Shown here: positions 29,834-37,003 of the stretch, piece after piece
Position numbering within the stretch: position 1 is the stretch's first letter
Layout of the letters: each line of letters begins with the position of its first letter
Assembly: GCA_964561805.1 (NCBI GenBank)
Contig: CAZLQU010000004.1
Span: 1 to 37,003, forward strand
DNA length: 37,003 nt
Direction: 5' to 3'
Source of the DNA: an uncultured Muribaculaceae bacterium
GTDB lineage: Bacteria; Bacillota_I; Bacilli_A; RF39; UBA660
Made by a program: the position numbers and the translations under genes
The notes under the pieces: generated by a model
Databases searched by the model: none
What the model was told of the DNA's origin: nothing
The model's input: only the letters and a program-made list of their open reading frames with translations

Positions 29834-30385
29834 TTATTTTAATAATAGTTTTAAAGCTTCTTTTATTTGATTTTCAATTGTAAGTGTGTTATCAACATTC
29901 TTGATAATTTTAACAATATCGGTCTTTTTATAGCCAAGGGCTATTAATGCCTCAACTAATTCTTCACTAGAATCGTCTTTATTTTCTTTATCAGATGCTA
30001 ATTTACCTTTTAGATCAAGGATTATTTGTCTTGCTACTTTATCCCCTATTTTAGGAAATTTCTTTAGGTATAAAATATTTTCTCTATCAATGGCATCTAC
30101 GATACCACTAATAGAGCCAGTAGCTAGCATGGGAAGTGCCATTTTAGGCCCTAATCCTTTTACAGAAATTAATTTTAGAAAAAGATTTAATTCTTCTTTG
30201 GTATTAAAACCATATAATGAATATTCATCTTCTCTAATATAACTATAGGTATAAACTTTATATAATTCATCTAGTTTATATGAATAAGGATTGGGAACAT
30301 ATATTTGATAGCCAATATCGTGATTATCTACGACAATATAGTTACTTTCAATATCTTTAATATAACCTTTTATATAACCATACAT
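29834..30385 (-). CDS. ruvA: Holliday junction DNA-binding protein RuvA
   Basis: MYGYIKG, IRED..LYGF, VKGLGPKMAL, PKIGDKVA, ALIALGY. Confidence 0.96.
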   Translation of the reverse strand: MYGYIKGYIKDIESNYIVVDNHDIGYQIYVPNPYSYKLDELYKVYTYSYIREDEYSLYGFNTKEELNLFLKLISVKGLGPKMALPMLATGSISGIVDAIDRENILYLKKFPKIGDKVARQIILDLKGKLASDKENKDDSSEELVEALIALGYKKTDIVKIIKNVDNTLTIENQIKEALKLLLK

Positions 30386-30386
30386 A

Positions 30387-31541
30387 TTATTTATATTCCT
30401 TTATGTCGCTATTTTTTAAGCCATGTAAAACACTCATATCCATTTCTTTAACCATGCCAGTATCACGATTAATGTTTTCAATGGTATCATTGATCATAAT
30501 GTTAAATAATTCTTTATATGAAATATGAGCTTCTTCCCATAAATGATGAGAAAAGCAAGTTGGAATACTATTGATTTCATCAATATATAATTTCTTTTTT
30601 CTTTTATCATATAGGAAATCAACGGTAGATAATCCTGTATTATTTAATAAATCGATTGTCCTTTTAGCTAAATCAATTATTTCATCTGTCATTTTATCAG
30701 GTATTTTAGCAGGAACAGTTCTTACAATATTACCATTACGATAATTATCTAAGTTGCATTTATCAATATAGTCACGAAAATCTAGATTAGTAGTAATTTC
30801 TTCAATGGCAGATGTAAATACTTTATCATTAGTTTTTAAAATAGAAACGTTATATTCTAAAACATCTTCAAGTTGTTCTTCAATAACAATTTTACGGTCA
30901 TATTTTAAAACTTCATTGATAATTGTATCTAATTCTTCTTTTCTTTTTACAATTTGAATGCCAATACTACTACCTAAAGTAGCTGGTTTAACAATTAATG
31001 GGTAATCTAATTTATCAATTTTTTTAAATAATTCTTCTTTGTTCTTTTTGTATTCATTATCAAAGAACCAAACATATTTAATAGTTGGTAAATCATTATG
31101 TTCAAGTAATTGTTTAGTAAACACTTTATCTTGACAGATAACAGATGAATAAATATTATTTGAAACATATGGAATACCTACAGTTTGAAGGAATCCGGCA
31201 ATTGTACCGTCTTCTGTACCTCTTCCGTGAACCATTGGAATAACTAAGTGTAATTCCGTTAGCTCTCTTTTAATAAGGCCTGTTGTCTGTAGAATAAACC
31301 TACCATTTTTATTTATTAAGTTTACTTTGGTGGCATATTTTTCAATTAAATTAAAATTGTTAAAACTATCAATATAGCGCAAGCATCCAGAAGAATACCA
31401 CACTAAATCTTTAGTAATATAGATTGGTACAATATCATATTTATCGGTATCGATATTGTCCATTGCTTGAAGTGCTGTTATAATTGATAATTCATGTTCA
31501 AGACTTTGTCCACCAAAAATTACCCCAATCTTTAATTTCAT
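30387..31541 (-). CDS. D-alanine--D-alanine ligase family protein (divergent active site)
   Basis: FGGQSLEHELS, HGRGTEDG, KPATLGSSIGI, EINSIP. Confidence 0.85.
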   Translation of the reverse strand: MKLKIGVIFGGQSLEHELSIITALQAMDNIDTDKYDIVPIYITKDLVWYSSGCLRYIDSFNNFNLIEKYATKVNLINKNGRFILQTTGLIKRELTELHLVIPMVHGRGTEDGTIAGFLQTVGIPYVSNNIYSSVICQDKVFTKQLLEHNDLPTIKYVWFFDNEYKKNKEELFKKIDKLDYPLIVKPATLGSSIGIQIVKRKEELDTIINEVLKYDRKIVIEEQLEDVLEYNVSILKTNDKVFTSAIEEITTNLDFRDYIDKCNLDNYRNGNIVRTVPAKIPDKMTDEIIDLAKRTIDLLNNTGLSTVDFLYDKRKKKLYIDEINSIPTCFSHHLWEEAHISYKELFNIMINDTIENINRDTGMVKEMDMSVLHGLKNSDIKEYK

Positions 31542-31559
31542 ATAATCACCTTCATTTTA

Positions 31560-31589
31560 AGTATAACATAATTTAAAACGAGCAGTCAA
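31560..31589 (-). promoter_or_regulatory. Sigma-A promoter of the ddl-ruvA-HAD-ruvB cluster
   Basis: TTGACT-N18-TATACT with extended TG. Confidence 0.55.
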
Positions 31590-31637
31590 CTTGAATAACA
31601 ACTGGTTAATTATTATGTAAAATAAGTGTCTAATAAG

Positions 31638-31666
31638 AAAACAGCTGATTAAATTTCAGCTGTTTT
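31638..31666 (-). terminator. Terminator overlapping the stop of the ClpX-like gene
   Basis: AAAACAGCTGA-N7-TCAGCTGTTTT inverted repeat. Confidence 0.65.
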
Positions 31667-33157
31667 AGTTAATTTTTTAACTTTTTTAGGAACCAATTTA
31701 TAGTCTGCATTATCCTCTAAAATATTTTCGCCTAAAATAATTCTTTCATATTTATCAGGATTATTACCTAAGTCTTCGAAAATCTTTAAGAAAATGTTCA
31801 TAACTGATTTAGTCAAGCCACGAGCACCGATTTTTGCTTTGATGGCTTCGTCAACTAAACCATTAACGATAATATCTAAATTATCAATAGTAATTCCTAG
31901 GGCAGCAATTGACTCAACTACGACACGTAATTTACTTTCATCAGAGTTTAAAAGAATATCTTTTAAGTTTTCTCTACTTAATTCATTTAATTTAATGATA
32001 ACTGGCATACGACCAGCAAGTTCTCTGATAATACCACCTTTATTGATAATCATTTCAGTATCGACATTAATGTCGTTGGCCGTTTTTTCTTCAGGATAGT
32101 TGTTAAAACCAATACTTGGTCTTACATCTTTTTTGGTATCTAACAAATCAGAAAATGCTCCACAACCGACAAAAATAATATTTGAAGTGTCAATGGTAAC
32201 ACTATTCATAACATCTAATTGAATATTTCTTTCGCAACCTTCGATTAATTTTAATAATTCATTTTGAATGGCAATGGTCCCAATTTCTCCAGTATCACGA
32301 TTGCTTGATAATTTATCAAATTCATCAATAATGATGATACCATTCTCGGTTTTTTCAATATCGCATCCACTATTATAAAACAATTGAGAAAGCATTTCTT
32401 CAATATCATGTCCTTTATAACCGGCTTGTGATGTACCGGTGACAGAATATATTGATACTGGAATACCTAATACTTCTTTAATTTTTCTAAAGATAGCGGT
32501 TTTACCAACACCACTTGGTCCAATGACTAGCATATTGGTCTTACCTACCATTGGAAAGTTATATTTAACCCAAAGTAAAGTAACGATTTTTTCAATAGCT
32601 TCATCTTGGCCTTTAATTGTCTTTTTAATTTCATTAATAATCTCTTCTGGAGTATAAGTAGCAGTTTGTTCTCTTTCAACATCTTCTTTAGTAGTCTCAG
32701 TTTCTTTTGATGCTGATACTTCTTTTTTAATTTGATTATCTAACGTTATTTCATAATATTTATCACTATCTTTATCGCGAAAGACTCCTACTTCACCAGT
32801 TTCTTTATCACGCATCATGACAACGCCAAAAGATTCATCATCTTCATCAATGCTTTTATAGTATTCATATTTTAAAGCTTTATCTAAAATGCCTTTTTTG
32901 ATGCCAACAATGGTAAATTTCTCATTGGCACGCATAATGTCGATAGCATTAGTTCTAATACCATATACATTACCATATTCAGTATAGCCAGCAATATGTG
33001 AATATACATTTTGATTAACGTCGACAAAGCTTTCTTCGGTTAGATAAAAACTTCCTTCAACAACTCTTACGGGAATAAATTCCTCGATTAATTCGTCTTC
33101 TTTTTTACGGCGATTAAATATAACGGCAAATTCGCCTATTTGATTATCTTCAACCAT
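31649..33157 (-). CDS. ClpX-like AAA+ unfoldase with an unrecognised N-terminal domain
   Basis: GQDEA, GPSGVGKT, QAGYKGHD, IIIIDEFDK, LLKLIEG, IDTSNIIFVGCGAF, IGF loop, GARGL; no C4 zinc-binding domain. Confidence 0.85.
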   Translation of the reverse strand: MVEDNQIGEFAVIFNRRKKEDELIEEFIPVRVVEGSFYLTEESFVDVNQNVYSHIAGYTEYGNVYGIRTNAIDIMRANEKFTIVGIKKGILDKALKYEYYKSIDEDDESFGVVMMRDKETGEVGVFRDKDSDKYYEITLDNQIKKEVSASKETETTKEDVEREQTATYTPEEIINEIKKTIKGQDEAIEKIVTLLWVKYNFPMVGKTNMLVIGPSGVGKTAIFRKIKEVLGIPVSIYSVTGTSQAGYKGHDIEEMLSQLFYNSGCDIEKTENGIIIIDEFDKLSSNRDTGEIGTIAIQNELLKLIEGCERNIQLDVMNSVTIDTSNIIFVGCGAFSDLLDTKKDVRPSIGFNNYPEEKTANDINVDTEMIINKGGIIRELAGRMPVIIKLNELSRENLKDILLNSDESKLRVVVESIAALGITIDNLDIIVNGLVDEAIKAKIGARGLTKSVMNIFLKIFEDLGNNPDKYERIILGENILEDNADYKLVPKKVKKLTKTAEI

Positions 33158-33172
33158 AACCCTCGCTCCTTA

Positions 33173-34912
33173 CTAGTCTCTAATTTTAATGTGGGTTTCT
33201 CTTAATTGCTTTTCAAATACTTCCCCTGGGCAACCCATCATTTGATCTGCACCATTAGCTCCAAGTGGGAAAGCAACCATTTCACGGATATTCTCTTCAT
33301 CTTTTAATAGCATTAGGATCCTATCAATACCAGGAGCCATTCCTGCATGTGGAGGTGCGCCATATCTAAATGCTTCATATAGTGATGGAAATTTAGCAGC
33401 TACTACTTTTTCATCATAACCAGCAATTGCAAAAGCCTTCTTTAGAATTTCACGGCTATGATTACGAACGCCACCAGAAGCCATTTCAAAACCATTACAT
33501 ACGAAGTCATACTGATAGGCTTTTATTTCTAATGGTTCTTTGGTATTTAGGGCTTCAAGTCCTCCTTGAGGCATTGAGAATGGATTATGGCAGAATGTTA
33601 CACCACCATTTTCTTCATCTTCTTCATAAAATGGAAAATCATTAATAATACAGAATTCATATCTGTTTTTATCAATTAAATCTAGTTCTATACCTAATTT
33701 GTTTCTAAGTTGTCCCATTAATTTAGGACATTTAGTTTTATCGGCAATAATAAATACAACATTACCTGGATGTAAATCTAGTGTTTCTTTTAATTCTTGA
33801 CGATTTTCATCTGTCATAAATTTATCTAAAGTGGACTTAAATGTCATATCTTCATTTACTTTAATATATCCTAAGATACCACCAATACTTTTTACATATT
33901 CTTCCATAGATTTATACCAAGAATTTGACTTATCAATAGCATCTACTTTAATACCTCTAATGATAGTATCTTTAAATGGAGCAAAATCAATTTTTGATAA
34001 AACATTTGTTAAATCAGTAATGATTAATGGATTTCTTAAGTCTGGTTTATCACTACCATATTTTAACATAGCATCAGTATATGATATTCTTCTAAATGGC
34101 CTTTCACTTACTTCTTTATTTCCAAACTTTTTAAAGACGTCATAGAATACTTTTTCACCAACTTCGTAGACATCTTCTTCGGTTGCAAAAGACATTTCAA
34201 AGTCTAATTGATAGAATTCGCCATATAATCTATCACTTCTTGGGTCTTCATCACGGAAACATGGGGCAATTTGGAAATATCTATTAAATCCTGATACCAT
34301 TAGTAATTGTTTAAATATTTGTGGTGCTTGTGGTAATGCATAGAATTTACCTTTAAACTTACGTGACGGAACAATAAAGTCTCTAGCTCCTTCAGGTGAA
34401 GTTGCTGTAATAATTGGTGTTTGAATTTCGGTAAAATCTAAGCTTTTCATTGTTGTTCTAATGAAATCAATAACTTTGCTTCTGAAAAGAATATTTTCAT
34501 GGACTTCTGGATTTCTTAAATCTAGATAACGGTATTTTAAACGGGTATCCTCTAGAGATTCTTTACTTCTAGCGATTTCAAATGGTAAAACATTTTCACA
34601 CTCGCCTAAAACTTCAAGAAAAGTAATTTTAACTTCAATTTCACCGGTAGCCATGTTTTTATTAATCATATCCGGTGTTCTTTTTTGAACAACTCCAGTA
34701 ACAGTAATTGTTGTTTCTTTATTCAGATGTAGATACTCTTCAGCACTCTCACTAATTAACTGAACAATGCCTGTTTCATCTCTTAGGGTTATGAATAATA
34801 AACCGCCAAGATTTCTAATTGAATTAACCCAACCTGCTAATCTTATTTCTTTACCAACATAGCTAGTATCAACTTTGCCACAATAGACACTTCTGTAAAT
34901 ATTTTCTTTCAT
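33173..34912 (-). CDS. aspS: Aspartate--tRNA ligase
   Basis: RLKYRYLDLR, PEGARDF, YALPQAPQIFKQLLM, CFRDED, GAPPHAG..PGIDR. Confidence 0.98.
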   Translation of the reverse strand: MKENIYRSVYCGKVDTSYVGKEIRLAGWVNSIRNLGGLLFITLRDETGIVQLISESAEEYLHLNKETTITVTGVVQKRTPDMINKNMATGEIEVKITFLEVLGECENVLPFEIARSKESLEDTRLKYRYLDLRNPEVHENILFRSKVIDFIRTTMKSLDFTEIQTPIITATSPEGARDFIVPSRKFKGKFYALPQAPQIFKQLLMVSGFNRYFQIAPCFRDEDPRSDRLYGEFYQLDFEMSFATEEDVYEVGEKVFYDVFKKFGNKEVSERPFRRISYTDAMLKYGSDKPDLRNPLIITDLTNVLSKIDFAPFKDTIIRGIKVDAIDKSNSWYKSMEEYVKSIGGILGYIKVNEDMTFKSTLDKFMTDENRQELKETLDLHPGNVVFIIADKTKCPKLMGQLRNKLGIELDLIDKNRYEFCIINDFPFYEEDEENGGVTFCHNPFSMPQGGLEALNTKEPLEIKAYQYDFVCNGFEMASGGVRNHSREILKKAFAIAGYDEKVVAAKFPSLYEAFRYGAPPHAGMAPGIDRILMLLKDEENIREMVAFPLGANGADQMMGCPGEVFEKQLRETHIKIRD

Positions 34913-34924
34913 TTTATCCTCCTT

Positions 34925-35064
34925 AAAAAGAAAAGCACGAAAAGGAAATACATAAGGACGGAATAATCCGCGGTGCCACCTTATTTCACTTTCGTGCGCT
35001 TGTTTGAATTAATAAATTGTCAGTTTCGTTATATGCTTACTTGTCACCTGTAAGCCGAAAACTA
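34925..35064 (-). promoter_or_regulatory. Highly reduced T-box leader (Asp) of aspS
   Basis: T-box AAGGUGGCACCGCG (34969-34982) with antiterminator arm UCCGUCCUUAU; 5' hairpin GCUUAC-AGGUGACAA-GUAAGC with GAC (Asp) in the loop. Confidence 0.8.
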
Positions 35065-35069
35065 AATAT

Positions 35070-35097
35070 ATTATAGCATACTTTTTATGTTTTGCAA
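35070..35097 (-). promoter_or_regulatory. Sigma-A promoter of the aspS leader
   Basis: TTGCAA-N16-TATAAT with extended TG, just downstream of the upstream gene's terminator. Confidence 0.65.
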
Positions 35098-35101
35098 TAA
35101 T

Positions 35102-35127
35102 AAAAAAAGCGATTTCTCGCTATTTTT
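35102..35127 (-). terminator. Intrinsic terminator after the SipW-type secreted protein gene
   Basis: AGCGA-GAAA-TCGCT followed by a T run. Confidence 0.75.
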
Positions 35128-35132
35128 ACATT

Positions 35133-35831
35133 TTATGATACAGTAAATGTACCAGTTAATTGGTTACCATTACCAGCTGTTGATGTATAAACAATTTGAC
35201 CTGTATAAGTAGCACCCATTTCAGCTGATTGATCGCCATCATCATTTAAATAAATTAAAGCATAAGTCGTTGTTGATGAATTAGCATTTACAGTAATTGT
35301 ATCGATTGCTGTTACACCATCTACTGCAGGATTAATAGTTGTTGCAGTTCCACCTATTGTATATAATTCACCAGATTTTGTAACTGGTCTATAAGCTAGG
35401 TGGCTAAATGCAGATGCTCCTGTTCTTTCAGCGGCAGTGTTTGTGTTAGTAATAATTTTTCCTTCAAGTGTCAAACTAGTAGCACCACCATTTGTAACCG
35501 TTATTTCATATAATGCACAAATACGATAACCAGCATCATCAGTACATTTTTTAGCAACATTTAGAGCATATGCTAAATTAGTGTTATTTGGTGCAGTTGC
35601 ATTTTCAATTACTGTTGATGGATTAACGGGAATTAACTTTGCATCAGTAGGATAAATTTCACGTAAACTTAATCCAGCATTAAATTCATATGCAGTTAAA
35701 TTAACAGCTCCTTCGGCACTAGCTGCTTGAGCACTAAAGTATGCGAATGAGGCTCCGATGATAGCAACAATCAAAGTCGCAACTCCGACGATACCTAGAA
35801 ATATTCCATTTCCTCTTCTATTATCTTCCAT
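35133..35831 (-). CDS. Secreted protein with SipW-class signal peptide (TasA/camelysin-like)
   Basis: Hydrophobic N-terminus ending GASFAYFS; Thr/Ala/Gly/Asn-rich, probably beta-rich body; one Cys pair; SD AGAGGAGG. Confidence 0.65.
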   Translation of the reverse strand: MEDNRRGNGIFLGIVGVATLIVAIIGASFAYFSAQAASAEGAVNLTAYEFNAGLSLREIYPTDAKLIPVNPSTVIENATAPNNTNLAYALNVAKKCTDDAGYRICALYEITVTNGGATSLTLEGKIITNTNTAAERTGASAFSHLAYRPVTKSGELYTIGGTATTINPAVDGVTAIDTITVNANSSTTTYALIYLNDDGDQSAEMGATYTGQIVYTSTAGNGNQLTGTFTVS

Positions 35832-35907
35832 TTAATTTCCTCCTCTACTATATTAATAGTATCAAACATTATGTATTTTTGCAAGTATTTTTGATTATTT
35901 TACATAT

Positions 35908-37003
35908 TTAAAATAAACTTAATTGACTAGTTTCAGGCATATCATTAAATAAACCCATTGCTTTCATTTTATCAACTAAGGTCGTTGACACTTTGCATCT
36001 GTTTTGGAAATCTTCAATTGAAATAAATGGATGTTTAGCAGCTTCAGTTTCAATATTTTTAGCAACGACATCCCCTAATCCATCTATTGAAGCGAATGAC
36101 GGAATGATTGTTTTATCATCCAAGACACCAAATGTAAGAGCTTTACTCTTATATAAATCGACGTTGGCTACTTTTATTCCTCTAGCAGTAGCTTCAAGTG
36201 CTAGACGTAAGCATTCAGCAATACCTGCTTCTTTATTGGTAGCATCATAACCTTTTTCATTAATTTCATTTAATTTATTTTTAATGGCATCATAGCCACT
36301 AATCATCGCATCAACATCAAAATCAGTGGCTTTAGTTGAAAACCATGATGCATAGTAATAAGCTGGCATATGGACTTTATACCAAGCAATTCTAAAGGCA
36401 CTTATAACATATGCTGCAGCATGAGCTTTAGGGAACATGTACTTAATTTTAGCGCAGGAATTAATGAACCATTCTTCAATTCCAGCTGCTTCCATAGTTT
36501 TGACATGTTCTTTCCATCCTTCTGGATCTTTACTAGCTTTACCCTTACGAACAAACTCCATTATCTTGAAGGCCTTGATTGGTTCAACACCATGGTACAT
36601 TAAATATACCATAATATCATCACGACAACCGATTACTTCTTTAAATGGAACAATATTATTTCTAATTAATTCTTGAGCATTTCCAAGCCAAACATCAGTA
36701 CCATGTGATAAACCAGATATTTTTACTAATTCAGCAAATGTTGTTGGTTTTGTATCTTCGACCATGCCAATTGTAAATGGTGTACCAAATTCAGGAATAC
36801 CCAAGGTTCCGGTATTACACATAATTTCTTCTGGAGTAACACCCAATACTTTAGTACCAGTAAATATGGCCATTGTTTCTTTATCATCCATTGGAACTTT
36901 TAAAATGTCAGTTTTAGTTAAATCTTGTAACATACGAAGTTGTGTTGGATCAGAATGACCTAAAATATCCAATTTCAATAAATCTTGGTCAATAGCATGA
37001 TAA
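35908..37003 (-). CDS. polC: DNA polymerase III PolC, C-terminal part (extends beyond the window)
   Basis: Frame open to the edge (YHAIDQDLLKLDILGH); GTLGIPEFGT, SGLSHGTDVW, IGCRDDIM, KIKYMFPKAHAAAY, C-terminal QLSLF clamp-binding motif. Confidence 0.97.
   Translation of the reverse strand, partial: YHAIDQDLLKLDILGHSDPTQLRMLQDLTKTDILKVPMDDKETMAIFTGTKVLGVTPEEIMCNTGTLGIPEFGTPFTIGMVEDTKPTTFAELVKISGLSHGTDVWLGNAQELIRNNIVPFKEVIGCRDDIMVYLMYHGVEPIKAFKIMEFVRKGKASKDPEGWKEHVKTMEAAGIEEWFINSCAKIKYMFPKAHAAAYVISAFRIAWYKVHMPAYYYASWFSTKATDFDVDAMISGYDAIKNKLNEINEKGYDATNKEAGIAECLRLALEATARGIKVANVDLYKSKALTFGVLDDKTIIPSFASIDGLGDVVAKNIETEAAKHPFISIEDFQNRCKVSTTLVDKMKAMGLFNDMPETSQLSLF

Noticed and set aside
1519-36958. 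Remaining short + strand ORFs nested in spmA, rel, secDF, ezrA, xfp, pheST, the ClpX-like gene, aspS and polC, and - strand ORFs in the radical SAM gene and lexA
   Set aside because: They lie opposite well-supported genes and have the composition of reverse-complement frames
1-37003. CRISPR array, tRNA/rRNA genes, prophage, intact transposase, or TGA recoding
   Set aside because: None seen; intergenic gaps are short and largely explained, TGA terminates genes (spmA, radical SAM gene) and Trp is TGG

Overview
AT-rich, gene-dense chromosomal region of a Firmicute (Bacilli-like). It uses the standard genetic code (TGA = stop) and carries cell-wall and sporulation genes, so it is not a Mycoplasma; the compact content resembles uncultured gut Bacilli such as RF39, which is inference. 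Most genes are on the minus strand and are housekeeping: secA (partial), dacB-spmA-spmB, a SEDS protein, comN-secDF-rel-dtd, ezrA, phosphoketolase, pheST, frr, mtaB, lexA, ddl-ruvA-HAD-ruvB, aspS and polC (partial). Lineage-specific genes and a decayed YhcG/DUF1016 fragment are interspersed. I found no rRNA, tRNA, CRISPR array, intact IS or prophage. The main signals lie outside the ORF track. (1) The pheS and aspS T-box leaders both lack the canonical terminator and instead carry a sequence-different but structurally equivalent helix that pairs Stem III with RNA 3' of the antiterminator, followed by a U-tract. (2) The aspS T-box is extremely reduced, with an Asp codon in a terminal hairpin loop. 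(3) An unlisted 46-aa single-TM protein is transcribed divergently from lexA under LexA-box-like sites, a SosA/YneA-like candidate. (4) An unlisted 43-aa sORF lies next to spmB. (5) Divergent Ddl and ClpX paralogs have altered key motifs.
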